Shown: positions 1 to 11,796 of the stretch, piece after piece | Layout: each line of letters begins with the position of its first letter | Numbering within the stretch: the stretch's first letter is position 1 | Sequence record: NC_041884.1 | Direction: 5' to 3' (one strand) | Length of the DNA: 64,000 nucleotides | Program-made: the position numbers and the translations under genes | The notes under the pieces: model-generated | The model's input: the letters and a program-made list of their open reading frames with translations, nothing else | Told to the model about the DNA's origin: nothing | Database searches by the model: none

Positions 1-349
1 CATCAAAATATTGTTTGCACTCTTTATGAAACTCTTTAAAATTTTGAAGAGTAGTATGTATTGGATTAAGTACAGTAAGAAGAGAAAGAACTGTTTGAAA
101 TTTAATTGTTTTAAAATTTAAAAGAGAGAGAAGTTGATTCACTTTCTTAAGGTCTTTCTCTTCACCATTCATTAAATCTTCAACAAACAGAATAATTAAA
201 TATATTACTTGATCAGTTGTATATACTTCTTCTAATTGATTTAAAAGTGATGATCTTTTTCTTACAGATTTATTATCGTAATACAGTGAGTCCATATACA
301 TAGCTTCACTGTACGTTAACTCTATAGGAATATGAGAAAATTTACTCAT
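1..349 (-). CDS. Hypothetical protein, truncated by window edge (MSKFSHIPIELTYSEAMYMDSLY...)
   Basis: Manual translation: ATG at 349, frame open to position 1; absent from the ORF track because there is no stop in the window. Confidence 0.7.
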   Translation of the reverse strand, partial: MSKFSHIPIELTYSEAMYMDSLYYDNKSVRKRSSLLNQLEEVYTTDQVIYLIILFVEDLMNGEEKDLKKVNQLLSLLNFKTIKFQTVLSLLTVLNPIHTTLQNFKEFHKECKQYFD

Positions 350-353
350 ACAG

Positions 354-2169
354 TTACTCACTATCTGAAACAATACCTATTAAAAATTCTATAGGAATTT
401 GTTCAATGGTTTTTGAACGATTTTTTAAAACTACTAAAGCTTTTTCTTGATTAGCTGTTATAAGCAAACCTTGTAAACCCTTATGTAAGCCATTATAAGG
501 ACGAACTAAAGCAACTAATTGATGCCCATAAATATCTTTTAATTTCATTTAATAGATTGATACCACTTAGCTATTTTACCAGTGTGCCATAAATAATAAA
601 TGATTAAAGATAGAATGCCTGCACCACATAAAGTACAAATCATTCCTACAGTAACAACACTATACAATAAATATGTATGTTCTTGAGATACTGGGGCTTT
701 CTTATCAGCAAGAATAAATCCAATTGAAAGTAAGCTTACAACAAGAAGAAATAATATAAACATTATTCAACTCCTTTAAATATTTTAAAACTATCTAGAA
801 TTAACAAAGATTCTGAAGGAATACTAAATTCAGTAAACTCAATTCGATTTTCTTTGAAATATTCATAAGTGGACATGAAATTGTTTAAGACAATCCAAGC
901 AGAGTAAAAACTATCTGCACTTCCAAAATGATCAACATAATGCTGAAAGTAATGAAAGAAAAACTTATTATCATCAACAGTTAATGGAAGCTTTAAAGTA
1001 TTTAAAGGTACTTGAAGATTGTTTAAAGATTCGTATAAAGACGTATAGACATCAATAAGTTGTCTATACGTCTTATCTACGACTAATACACTTAAAGTGA
1101 CATTAATCATCTACAGCCTTTTTCTTTTTACACTTACCTGTAAAGTTATTAAGCTTACTATCATGAACATATTCAAGTGCAACTTCACCACCTTTATGTA
1201 CAAAGGTAGCAACTTTACGGAATGGAGCTACTTTTTCAAACTTCTTGATACGTGCGTAAGCTTTAGCAGCTGAACGAGTAACAGGAATTGGTTGAGAATA
1301 AGTATTAGCTACTTGTGAAAAATGTTCTACAGATTTAATAACAATTACTTGACCTTTACTATTTAAGTAAGGAACAAAAGTCATTGCATTACGTAACGAC
1401 TCTTTAACCCAGCCAAGTTTTGCTACAGGTTTAGTACGAATTTTACGAGAAGCAACACCAGCTAATGCTGTTACTGCTTGTTGATCGTTAGGGTGAGCCT
1501 TAAGATGCTTGGCTAATTTACGCTTAGCATTCTTAGAGAAATTACCTTTCATTGCATATGAAGTAAATTTTGCTTTACGGCCAGCACCAGGCTTAAGTTT
1601 AGACATTTCTTTAATCCTTTTTTGGAAATTAATTGAAATAAAAAGAGAAATACACAGAGAAGTTTTAATTAGTCTTCAGAATTATCAATCACAATTGAAG
1701 CATAGTAATCTAAGCGACTATTGATCTCACTAATACTTTGAGCTAATACAGTTAATTTAAACATTAGTTATCCTTTAATAACACTTGTCATTTTTACATT
1801 TAATTCTACTTCAACCACATCATGATTTTCATAATAATGTACTAGTTGACGTAGAACAGGTTCAGGGATTGTTTCAAATACTCGTTCCTTAAATGTAGGA
1901 ACTTGAGGAGTATATGTTTGATCTTTTGTTTTAGGAATTTCTTTAATAGGTGTCTTAGTTTTCTTAGCAAAAACATCTTTTGAAGAAAGCAACTCTTTAG
2001 TCAATGGAACAATTCCATTGATATGATCTTTATAACGTTCCCAGCGACCTTTATTATAAAGTTCATAACTATCTTTTTCTCTTTGACGAAAAATAGTTAC
2101 AGTGTTCTTCTTTTGATTAAAGCGAACATGTGTAGAAGTCTCAGGAATAAATGTGTTACTTAAATTCAT
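354..2169 (-). other. Block of small hypothetical CDS: 354..548, 545..763 (2 TM), 763..1110, 1103..1606 (very basic, HLKAHPNDQQA motif), 1768..2169
   Basis: Overlapping or abutting start/stop codons, co-oriented with neighbours; no recognised domains. Confidence 0.7.
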
Positions 2170-2176
2170 TTTAGAA

Positions 2177-3622
2177 TTACTCTTTAACTAATGCATAACG
2201 ATCTACTAATAGCGTTTCTTTCATAATAGCTTCAGGTGAAAACTCATCTAAAGTATTAGAACAAACTGCTTTTAATAGAGAAGGAGAAAAGCTAGATAAT
2301 AAACAAGCACCTGATTCATCATATTTAACAGGAAAGTTATTATTAGAAGGAGTGTTAAGAACCCAAAAGATTAATTTAGGACATTTTAATCCTGCTTCTT
2401 TAAACTTAACTTGAGCATCAACATATGCTGAGCTTTCACGAGAATTAAAATTAAACTGAGTGTCACTGAAGAAAACTAAATATTCAGGTAATTGATCTGA
2501 AGAAATATTATTAGAAACTACTAGATCTAATAGTAGTTTAAAGACACCTTCAACATTTGTACTATAACCAACTTGACTTTGAGCAATAAGATCATAACGC
2601 TCTTTTAAAGTTTTACAATCTTTGAGATCAACAAAAGAAGGATGATCTGCAAATGTAGTTACAAGGTTTTTAAATGGACCTTCAATACGTTCACTGATGT
2701 AAGCACCTAAAGTAATTGCAATATGTTTATATGTTGCATTACCTACAGCAGGAGCTTCCATTGAACCACTTAAATCAACTACAGGAAGAATCGATAAACC
2801 TTCTTTAATTAAATTAGGAAAGCTATTCCACTGAGCTTCTACAACAGGATTAGGTTCGAAATAAGGAGAATAACGAGACCCTAATATTGAATAAACTTCA
2901 GAAATTTCATGAAGAAATAATGTAGACGAATTTAAAGTTGCAGTTCCCTCACTCACTTTATTAATAAAATCATTAAAACGATCTGAGTCTTTAGACAAGA
3001 ATGTATTTTTATAACGATTAAAAGCTTTAGAAGGAACTGTACTATAATCTATTTCAGCGATACGATGCTCACACAATAAACGTTCAGTAACTTTAGCTCG
3101 TAAAGGGACAATTAACTGTCTTAATTCTTTAGGAGTGACCTTAAGATAAGAACGTAACATAGATGCAACATTGCCTTTCAAAGGTAACCACTTTGCAACT
3201 AATATCTGAGTTTCAGGATTTTTCAAATGTTCAGCTAATAGTCGAATAATCTTTTTCTTAATACGAAGATCAACATCACATTCTACTAAATTAAATAAAT
3301 CAGGATAATACCCTAACTCTACAATTTTAGATAAAAGATTAGTTTTTAAAAATACATCAATATCTATATGAGCTAAATGAATCATACAGAGATTAAATGA
3401 ATTACGAATACCTTTACCTTGTCTAATATCACGAGAATTCAAAAGATTACGAATTGCTAAATCTTTGTCTTCTAGATAAGCTTTTCGAAAATCTAAAATA
3501 GCTTCTTGAGAATAGTTAGGATCACCTAATTTAACAAAGAAATCTAAATTATGAGAAGCAGTACTAGAATAAGCTACTGCCCCATTAGTGGTTTGTGTTT
3601 TTAAAGCTGTTGCTGCAAACAT
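2177..3622 (-). CDS. DUF2828-like protein (TROVE-like N-terminus plus C-terminal vWA domain)
   Basis: N-terminal T-NGA-AYSST and RDIRQGKG motifs; MIDAS DLSGSM, and FSDTQF. Confidence 0.8.
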   Translation of the reverse strand: MFAATALKTQTTNGAVAYSSTASHNLDFFVKLGDPNYSQEAILDFRKAYLEDKDLAIRNLLNSRDIRQGKGIRNSFNLCMIHLAHIDIDVFLKTNLLSKIVELGYYPDLFNLVECDVDLRIKKKIIRLLAEHLKNPETQILVAKWLPLKGNVASMLRSYLKVTPKELRQLIVPLRAKVTERLLCEHRIAEIDYSTVPSKAFNRYKNTFLSKDSDRFNDFINKVSEGTATLNSSTLFLHEISEVYSILGSRYSPYFEPNPVVEAQWNSFPNLIKEGLSILPVVDLSGSMEAPAVGNATYKHIAITLGAYISERIEGPFKNLVTTFADHPSFVDLKDCKTLKERYDLIAQSQVGYSTNVEGVFKLLLDLVVSNNISSDQLPEYLVFFSDTQFNFNSRESSAYVDAQVKFKEAGLKCPKLIFWVLNTPSNNNFPVKYDESGACLLSSFSPSLLKAVCSNTLDEFSPEAIMKETLLVDRYALVKE

Positions 3623-3637
3623 TATGTTATTACCTAA

Positions 3638-4078
3638 TTATCGAATACGTTTATGAAAAGATATAAAATCAGGATCATCTATAAAACGTTTAAACATTTT
3701 TAGATTATATTCTGAAAAAGGAGAAGAGGAAGGGTTGGTTAATTGTTCAGGAGTTACATACTCTACCTTAGCTCCTTCTTTATTCACAAAAGGAAGTTTT
3801 GGTAAGTCTTTAACAACACCATCATATACATAAGTTAATGTATCATACTCACCATCCCAATCTTGGAATAGAAACATTAATTTTGTAGGATCTAACTCAA
3901 TACCTACTTCTTCACGAACTTCACGAACAAGTCCTTGAATTAATGTTTCTTCTTCCTCTGCCTTACCACCTGGAAGTCCTAATAAATTATGATTGTCTTT
4001 ACGTGATACTGATAACACCTTAGAACCAGTTTCTGGATCAGGGTAGAGTAAGAGTATAGCTTGTTTTAAATCTTTCAT
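3638..4078 (-). CDS. Nudix hydrolase
   Basis: Nudix box GGKAEEEETLIQGLVREVREEVG. Confidence 0.9.
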   Translation of the reverse strand: MKDLKQAILLLYPDPETGSKVLSVSRKDNHNLLGLPGGKAEEEETLIQGLVREVREEVGIELDPTKLMFLFQDWDGEYDTLTYVYDGVVKDLPKLPFVNKEGAKVEYVTPEQLTNPSSSPFSEYNLKMFKRFIDDPDFISFHKRIR

Positions 4079-4096
4079 TACGAGCTTCCTATAAGC

Positions 4097-5197
4097 TTAG
4101 AGAGCATATGCTGATTGGTTTGTTAAAAAACTTTTATACATTGGTTGAATAAGGAATTTAAGTCCTTGATGAATAATTGTAATTTCACGTGTCATTGGAT
4201 TTTGACTAATTTCACTATTCATGTGAGTAATATATACATCAAATGCTTGATCACCTAATTCTTCATCAGTTGAGTATGGGTTCCATTCATTACGATGTTT
4301 ATTTAAAAACTCTAATAAACATGAAGAATTAGCTACAAAATCAGCAGGATCATATTCAGAATTAGTATTAAGATTAAACGCTCGAATATTAAATTCAATA
4401 GTGTCATTATTCAATTGAGTTTTAATATTAAGAATTTCAGTTAAACTTGCAATTGACTCTTCAGGATACTGATTCATTTCTTTAATTAATACAGATAACA
4501 TATCAATATTAAATTTAGAGAACTTTCCTACAAATTCCAATACTTCACTAGTACGTGATTGATCTTCTAAGTTATCTTTCATGTACTCTTTAAGTAGTTC
4601 AATATCTAATGATTTGAACTCAATATTAAAATAAACACGACCAGGACGATTGCTAAAGTACTCTAAATGGTGACCATATAAAGTTGTATTAGCAGTCATT
4701 AAGAATAAAGTATGTTGAGGCCATGTACCATCTAATAAGCTTAACATAGAATTACGAGGTTCAGCTTCCATGTATACTTTTTCAAATTCATCAATCACTA
4801 CAATTTTATCTTGAGTAATACTTTGAAGGAATTGATTAAATGTAGAACCAGCATAAGGTTGATCAACAATTAAGACAATTCCTTGATGAGATTCTACAAA
4901 GTTAATACAAATACGTTTAAGTAATAAGCTCTTACCACTTCCTTTTTCACCTACAAAGGCAGCAGATGTAGCTTTGTCTTGACGTTCAAAGTATGTATCT
5001 AAGATACGACCAGCCCAACGATCTGATTTTCCATATACTTTATGGTAAATAGTAAAAGGATTTGTAGGGCTTAAGAAGAATTGTTTAACTTGGTCATCCC
5101 ATTGAACAGAATAATAACCAGCTGGAATAACAGGTACAATAAACTTTGCTAGATTTTCAGCAACATAATAACCATTAGGTTTATTTAAATAAGACAT
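4097..5197 (-). CDS. AAA+ ATPase
   Basis: Walker A GEKGSGKS, Walker B VVIDEFEK, and RPGR arginine finger. Confidence 0.88.
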   Translation of the reverse strand: MSYLNKPNGYYVAENLAKFIVPVIPAGYYSVQWDDQVKQFFLSPTNPFTIYHKVYGKSDRWAGRILDTYFERQDKATSAAFVGEKGSGKSLLLKRICINFVESHQGIVLIVDQPYAGSTFNQFLQSITQDKIVVIDEFEKVYMEAEPRNSMLSLLDGTWPQHTLFLMTANTTLYGHHLEYFSNRPGRVYFNIEFKSLDIELLKEYMKDNLEDQSRTSEVLEFVGKFSKFNIDMLSVLIKEMNQYPEESIASLTEILNIKTQLNNDTIEFNIRAFNLNTNSEYDPADFVANSSCLLEFLNKHRNEWNPYSTDEELGDQAFDVYITHMNSEISQNPMTREITIIHQGLKFLIQPMYKSFLTNQSAYAL

Positions 5198-5697
5198 TAT
5201 AAAAGTCCTTGTCTGATTTCATTTCGAATTTGCATTAATACTTCACCAAGAAGATTACGACCATTCCATTGAGAAGGATCTGTAGCTCTTGGATCATCTT
5301 CTTCTAAACCAACGCCCCAAATCTTATCATTAGGATTACATTCAACTAAGGTTAGTTCTTTAGTTGCTAATAAGTAGTCACGATACTTAGGAATAGTATA
5401 TTTTTGACGATTAATTTCTAGCATATAGTTATAACGAACTTGTTCCCAAGATGCATCATTATAATTAGATACTTTACGACCGAGTTGCTTAGCTTGGATT
5501 GGCTGTAACTGAGTATTTTCTAAAAGCTTCATTGTAGCTTTATCATTAAAATGAAGAGCTTTAGCATACATAAAAGCATTTTCTGTATATAAAAATGTAA
5601 CACCTTTATATTCAAAACCAGCAAAAGCAAAATTACTAAATGGGCCTCTTAAAAAGAGTAAGTAATTATCTTTAATTGTACATTGAGGAATATTCAT
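5197..5697 (-). CDS. NADAR (YbiA-like) ADP-ribose/N-glycosidase
   Basis: FSNF...ENAFMYAKA, AKQLGRKV, LVECNPNDKIWGVG and GRNLLGEVLMQIR are hallmark NADAR motifs. Confidence 0.92.
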   Translation of the reverse strand: MNIPQCTIKDNYLLFLRGPFSNFAFAGFEYKGVTFLYTENAFMYAKALHFNDKATMKLLENTQLQPIQAKQLGRKVSNYNDASWEQVRYNYMLEINRQKYTIPKYRDYLLATKELTLVECNPNDKIWGVGLEEDDPRATDPSQWNGRNLLGEVLMQIRNEIRQGLL

Positions 5698-8600
5698 TAC
5701 ATTATCCTAGGATTAATAATTTGAAGATATACAGCATTTTTATTAGGACCATTACTAAACTTAAAGTAAGAGTCAGAATTGGGTAAGAGCATTATTAAAT
5801 CATTGTAAACTTGCTTAGTGAAAATAAAAGTAATACCTTCATTTTCAATTAAGATGTTTTCAAAGTTACTGGGATCTTTACTCCCAAAAGCTAGTGCAAA
5901 AAGATCAGAATAACCAATTTGAGGAATAAAAGTAACAACTTCTAATTCAGGAGCTTTCCTATAAACTGAGAAGAAATTTTTCCACATTCGAAGTGTATTC
6001 TGATGAATATTTCCAGGATGTATTCGAATCTCAGGTACATAAAATTTATTTAACTTTGGCATGTTAAGCATTAACTGTTAATTCAAATGTAATCACACTT
6101 GGTTCTGATAAAAATATTAAGCCTGTAGCATTTGAAGTTAATATAAAATATGAATCAGCTCTTGATAACTTATTATTTATATTCTCACGCATAGTGGCAC
6201 TGAATCCAAATACTAACCCATTGGACTCAATAAAGAGCATATCTTGAGATGTATAATGTTCTTTATCTCTAGGTAATACTCTTACTATGTATAATCCTTG
6301 TACGAATATGTTCGATATCATATACATAGAGAAAATCAACATTATCTCTAGAATTTAAAAAAGTTCTATACGAATCTGCTGTTTCCTGAATGATATGTCC
6401 ACCTACAATATTACATGGACTTACATTAAATTTTAAAAGGGGTTTCATCTTTCTTTAAACTCAAATCTGGAGTTTTGAGAATTATAATCCAGAACAAAAT
6501 CTAGTCCTCTAAATTTAGAAAATATTGACTGAATTACATAGAATACATTGTTATCAATATAGAAGGACTTCAGATTAGTTTTAAATATAATCTTTAATGA
6601 ATTTTCAGTTGGTATATAAACAGGTGAAACTAATACAGATTGATTTGAAAGCTGAGATATTAAAAATTTAGAAACACCAGCTTCTCTATAAAGGGCTAAA
6701 GCTGCTTTAGCTGAATCAGATATATATAGTGAGTACTGAGATAAGTCAACAAATTGATTAAGTTTATTCATGAGGTTTGCAATCAATAATTTTATAAGGT
6801 TCTTTAAAATCTATTAAAGGTAATAATCCATATCTAATGCTTTTAGGTCCAAATACATAATCTGTTTCAAATGATTTACGCATAACTTGACCATCTATAT
6901 AAATAATGCATTGATTGATTTTAAACCATACAGAATCTTTTAAATCATATTTTGAAGGAGGAACTCGATAGAATCCTAAACAATCCTCAGCGTATGTACT
7001 ATCACTAATATAGACACTTTTATAGATATCCTTTATTTTTAATAATCTACTATACATATCTAAACACATTCGTATAGAATGATTTATCTTAAACCGAGAT
7101 AAAGTGTTCATAATTATAAGACCTCAACGTCAATATATGCTGATGATGGGTTATCAATCATACGAAATGAATAACTAGCAAAAGAGTCTCTAAGCATAAC
7201 ATGCCCAGAGATAAAGAAATCAGTTAAGTCCCCACTAATTGAAACAATTTGTTGATTACTCAATCGTATTTTTATCTCATTATATGATTCATATAAGGCA
7301 GGTTTGATTCCACCTAAATGTACCTGATCGATCCCTTTTGAATAACGAGCAATATGTAGATGACCAAATTTTCCTGTATACTTAATAAGCTCCTCTACAC
7401 AACTTGAGTGTACTTTTATAGTAGTTAATTTTTTAAATTTAAGAAGAGTTGCCATTAAATCACATCCACTGGTAAATACTCATTATTTATATTAAAAGGA
7501 ACAGCACAATAAGACAACAATGAACTTCCAAGTTGTTTCTCTAAACAAAAACCATTTGATAGTAAATGAGCTATATCACCACTTATATAAATAGGACAAT
7601 TAATACCTATTCTAATTGCAAAAGAGCCTTCATCAATAAACTGTTTTGGTTTTATTGTCTGCAACAGATTTGCTGAAATATGTTCACTAATTTTGCTAAT
7701 ATATAATCTCATTTGGTATTTAGAATAAATTCGTAAATCATTAAAACAATCTTGACTTAATTTTATAGTTGTTGGAAGTTTAAATTTATTCAATTTTTGC
7801 ATATTAATCCTTTATATATTAAGTAATCACTTCATCTAATGTTTTATAAAGGATATTTGATTCTTCTTTTTTACAAAATAATCCTTCTCCAGGAATTCGA
7901 TAAATTACCTTTTGAAGATCATAGTCTTTCTCAACTAAAATAGTAAGATAACCGTCACTATATATATTCATATTATTAATAACAGATTGAGCACAATGAC
8001 GTTTATAATAAACATGAAGTCGTGATCTACGTGTAGTATCTAAAGTTAATACAATAGAATCATTAACTCCTGATAATAATTCATATAGTTCATATTCTAA
8101 TTTTAAACCTTGAAAAGACTTAAACTTTTGTAAACTATTCATATACTTCTATAAACTCTTCTTCTCGTATATCTCTAATAATACATCCTCTACCTGGATA
8201 TTCATCATATTTACGAGACATAACTTTGCTATCATTTTGAAGTAATTTAACTATGTCACCTGACATATGTAAGGTACAATTATTTTTAAAAGGAATTTTT
8301 AAAGAATCTTCTTCACAGTAATTCCTGTTGGTTTGAGTATAAAAACTAATAGCTTCTTTAAACTCAGGAACATCTTCTCTAGACATGTATTGTATATAGA
8401 TATTTTTATAAGTTCTTGAATGTTCTAATACACTGTTATAGACATCTTTAGTAAATTTAATAGAAGGTGGTAATTTGAATTTAGATAGTTTCATATTGAT
8501 CCTCAAGATTTATTTCAATTACTTCATCTAAGTCACTTAAGTCATCAATTGAACTAATTATATAATCACCTGTAACTCCTCTAGCCATACATGCATTAGA

Positions 8601-10113
8601 GTTCAATTTATCTATAATGCTTCCGCATATAACTAAAGTATTATTTTGAAAAAGTTTAATTATACCTTTTGTATCTAATTGCATTCGTTTCCGAGGTATG
8701 GAATACAAAGAAAATTCATCTCGATCAAACCAGCAAGCATACATAATATTATGAGCTTTAGAATAGTTTATAAAGGTATCATAGAGGTCTTTAGTTATTT
8801 TTATAGATTTTGTATCTATAAATTTTTGTAATTTATTCATAATATATTTCTATTAATTCATCTTGAGATACTAATTCTTTATCAATTATTTCATACACAT
8901 TTTTAGATATTCTAGATAAACATACAGACTCATTTAATTGTTGAGCAACTGTACCACATATAAATAATAAAAAGTTATTTTCAAATCTTAAACATATATC
9001 ATTTACAGCTTGATAATTTGGAAGAGCTTTACTATACAGCACAATAGTACTACTACCTTGCTGTTGTATAACTAGTACCTTCTGCATAGCAAAATTATGA
9101 GAGAGATCAAGTGCTACTCTATGTGTTATGAATACACTTTTACGAATTTTAAATTTACTCAATTGCATCATAACAGTCTATTTCTATAACTTCTTCAAAA
9201 GTACTATTAAGAAAAACATAAACCCCTGGTTCTTTTCTATATAAATATTTTCCTTCTTCTATATCTAAACTATTTAAATAGAAGCGGGTTTGATCTATAT
9301 AGAAAATTACATATCTATCTAAAGAAAATTTTTTTGGACGACGAGTTCCTAAATATAATCCTTCATCATTAGAATAAAAATAAAAATCTCTTGAATTAAA
9401 TTTAGTCAAAAATTGGTAAAAAGAATGTGTAATTAATAGGGTAGTTTTAATTTTAAAAGACTTAAGAAAAGCCATAAATTTCTATCTCCATAATTTCTTC
9501 GTCTACATTATGAAGAAATTGATAATCAGCAGCACCTAATCTATGTAAAATTTTTCCTTGAAGAATACTTTCAAAATGTTCGGGATTTAATAACATATTA
9601 GAAGTTCCAATTCTAAATCTAATATAATTTATTCTTGAAACAGGTCGAATCATTTGAAGTCGCATACCACTATCACGATTGTTAACAAAAGTTAAAGGAC
9701 TTAACTCTATATCATTTATAAATTTATATGTTGACTTCGATATACGTATTACAGAAATTGTTTTGAATTTATTAAGCTTCTTCATCAATGATTTCAAAAC
9801 TCCTAAAAGGTATATCAGTTTTAATAAACTTAGATACAATTCCATCCTTAACCAAAGCAGTACCTTCTTCAATACTATTTAAATGCCTTCTTGTTATATA
9901 GCATTTAATATTATCAATATAAAAATGTACATAAGGTCCTAAATCATAATGCCTTGCTAGATACATAACCCAACGATCAGCATCCATATGATAATATGTA
10001 AGGACAATCTCAGTTTCTTCATATCCTTCAAGATGATGTTTTAGTTCAGTAATCAAACTATCTGTTATGTTAATAACTTTAGAAAAAGTTTTAAACTTAT
10101 TAAATTTTTTCAT
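5697..10113 (-). repeat. Tandem array of 13 paralogous ~105-125 aa genes (5697..6071, 6064..6448 frameshifted, 6445..6786, 6764..7111, 7114..7455, 7455..7802, 7819..8142, 8135..8506, 8481..8840, 8833..9171, 9155..9475, 9462..9785, 9772..10113)
   Basis: All start with an M-x-K-L-x-K-F-like motif, have similar length and are translationally coupled. Most share an I-x-I-(S/T) strand after the motif and a C-terminal (V/I)-(E/D)-(I/V) end. Confidence 0.8.
6064..6448 (-). CDS. Array paralogue broken by a +1 frameshift (MKPLLKFN... joins ...GLYIVRVLPRDK; 127 aa if shifted at AGG-A 6298)
   Basis: ATG at 6448 gives a 59-aa ORF with the family N-terminus; the 6064..6342 ORF overlaps it in the +1 frame. 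Confidence 0.6.
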
Positions 10114-10675
10114 CTTCTATATCCTGATGATATTTTTCGATAATGTCATCTAAAGAAAATACTTTGTGTTCTACGTCAAGACCAACATCATATTGGAACT
10201 TCTTACGATCTTTATAAGTACCGTGACAATGACCAAATAAATTAATTGATCCTCGATGAGACTGATCCCAAGAACCTAATGGATAATGACTCATAGTAAT
10301 ACGAGTAGTTAAAGAATCTGAAATTTTAACATCTCTTAAACAGAAGTAATGATTTATATATTTATGAGGATTTAGTTTATAGACTTGTTGAAAAGCTTGC
10401 ATAATCATATTAGCAAATTTTTCATCATGATTACCTAAAGCGATATAAACCAAAACACCCTTATCTTTAAAATATGTAAAGAACTTAATAAACTCTTGCA
10501 ACTTAATCCTAAAATTACAAGAGATATCTCCTAATAAGTAGAGAATATCTCCTGATTTTAAATGATCAAATTTAGACATGATCCATTGATTATGCTCTTC
10601 TTCAGTACATGGACGATTACAATATTTAATGATATTTTTGTGCGACAGGTGCAAATCCGATGAGAAATGGATCAT
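10100..10675 (-). CDS. Calcineurin-like metallophosphoesterase
   Basis: Motifs DLH, GD, GNHD and GHCH. Confidence 0.9.
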   Translation of the reverse strand: MIHFSSDLHLSHKNIIKYCNRPCTEEEHNQWIMSKFDHLKSGDILYLLGDISCNFRIKLQEFIKFFTYFKDKGVLVYIALGNHDEKFANMIMQAFQQVYKLNPHKYINHYFCLRDVKISDSLTTRITMSHYPLGSWDQSHRGSINLFGHCHGTYKDRKKFQYDVGLDVEHKVFSLDDIIEKYHQDIEDEKI

Positions 10676-10684
10676 TTTTTTAAA

Positions 10685-10999
10685 TCACTCTTCTTCAATT
10701 TCTAAATCTAGGGATGGAGTATCTCCACGAGAATCACTTCCAAATAATGATTCAATAGTTTTAGCTTCTTCGTCTGTTAATTCTTTAATTTTGAGAGTAC
10801 TGAATACATCATCATAATTACGATAATAGATTTCTTCATTAGTACCAACCCAATGAATAAGGGGCTCACCACCATTTTTAAAATATTTTTCAATATCTTT
10901 TAAATAATTGTCAAGCCAATCTTTATCACAAATAGTCCATCCGTAGATGTCCATTTCATCAGCCCAGTTATCATTAACTTGTACTAACACTTGGGTCAT
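10685..10999 (-). CDS. Acidic hypothetical protein
   Basis: Intact ORF in operon context. Confidence 0.7.
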   Translation of the reverse strand: MTQVLVQVNDNWADEMDIYGWTICDKDWLDNYLKDIEKYFKNGGEPLIHWVGTNEEIYYRNYDDVFSTLKIKELTDEEAKTIESLFGSDSRGDTPSLDLEIEEE

Positions 11000-11002
11000 T
11001 TA

Positions 11003-11323
11003 TTACACTCCTAAACGTTCTTTAAGAACAGCTAAAGGAGCCATACCACGAACAGTATTAGTAACTACACCATTTTCATAAACTAACATAGTAGGTACGG
11101 TAGTAATATTTAATTCTTTAGCTAAATTTTGTAAATCGTCTGTTTCAGGAGTCAAAGAAAAGAAAGACACACCTTCTGTTTCTTGTGAAAGTTTATTAAA
11201 TAAAGGAGCTAAAGCTTTACATGGAGCACAAGTACTTGTACTAATTTTAACAATACTTTTTTGTGTATTTGTAAGCACATCAGATTTATATTGTTCTGAT
11301 GATTGAATTTCAATAATTGACAT
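11003..11323 (-). CDS. trxA: Thioredoxin
   Basis: CAPC active site; cis-Pro region TVPTM; 106 aa. Confidence 0.9.
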   Translation of the reverse strand: MSIIEIQSSEQYKSDVLTNTQKSIVKISTSTCAPCKALAPLFNKLSQETEGVSFFSLTPETDDLQNLAKELNITTVPTMLVYENGVVTNTVRGMAPLAVLKERLGV

Positions 11324-11332
11324 ATATTCTTC

Positions 11333-11746
11333 TTATTTTTTATTAACTAATTGTGAAATTGTTTTAGCATCGTATTGAGATACATGGTAATTAGCTTTAA
11401 ACCAGTTCATAACAAATGCAGTTTTATTACCTTTATCTTCAGACCAATTTCCACACACTCTTTCAACAATTTCAATTGTTTTTTCAGGAGATAATGGTTG
11501 AGGTAATAAACTATTTAAAATTTCTAATTCTTCACGTGCAACTTCATTTAAAGGAGAGACACTTAATACTTGTAAAGCTGAATCACGAAACTTTTTTAAA
11601 GTATCTAAAGTAATAGTATTTCTATCTGCTTTTACTTTCTTTTCGGCTTGTTGAACTTCACCTAAAATAGTTGTAAACAGATTTGTATGAACTTTATTCT
11701 TATTTTTACGAGCTTCTAATGATTTTTCAGTAATTGTTTGAAACAT
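11333..11746 (-). CDS. YqeY/GatB-domain protein
   Basis: ARKNK...TILGE, and E-EILNSLLPQPLS-E YqeY pattern. Confidence 0.75.
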   Translation of the reverse strand: MFQTITEKSLEARKNKNKVHTNLFTTILGEVQQAEKKVKADRNTITLDTLKKFRDSALQVLSVSPLNEVAREELEILNSLLPQPLSPEKTIEIVERVCGNWSEDKGNKTAFVMNWFKANYHVSQYDAKTISQLVNKK

Positions 11747-11760
11747 TTTATATCCAATAA

Positions 11761-11794
11761 AAAAGCCTCTACTATAATTTAGTAGAGGCTTTTA
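11761..11794. terminator. Rho-independent terminator
   Basis: AAAAGCCTCTACT-loop-AGTAGAGGCTTTT hairpin with T-tracts on both sides. Confidence 0.85.
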
Positions 11795-11796
11795 TT

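Noticed and set aside
5705-5712. AGG-A near the end of 5697..6071
   Set aside because: The +1 frame stops immediately (GGA TAA), so it is uninformative.
8690-8693. In-frame CCT CGG AAA in array gene 8481..8840 as another shift site
   Set aside because: The zero frame is intact and matches its paralogues, while the +1 frame stops after five codons. It is a real counter-example, so CGG-A alone is not sufficient or not obligatory for shifting.
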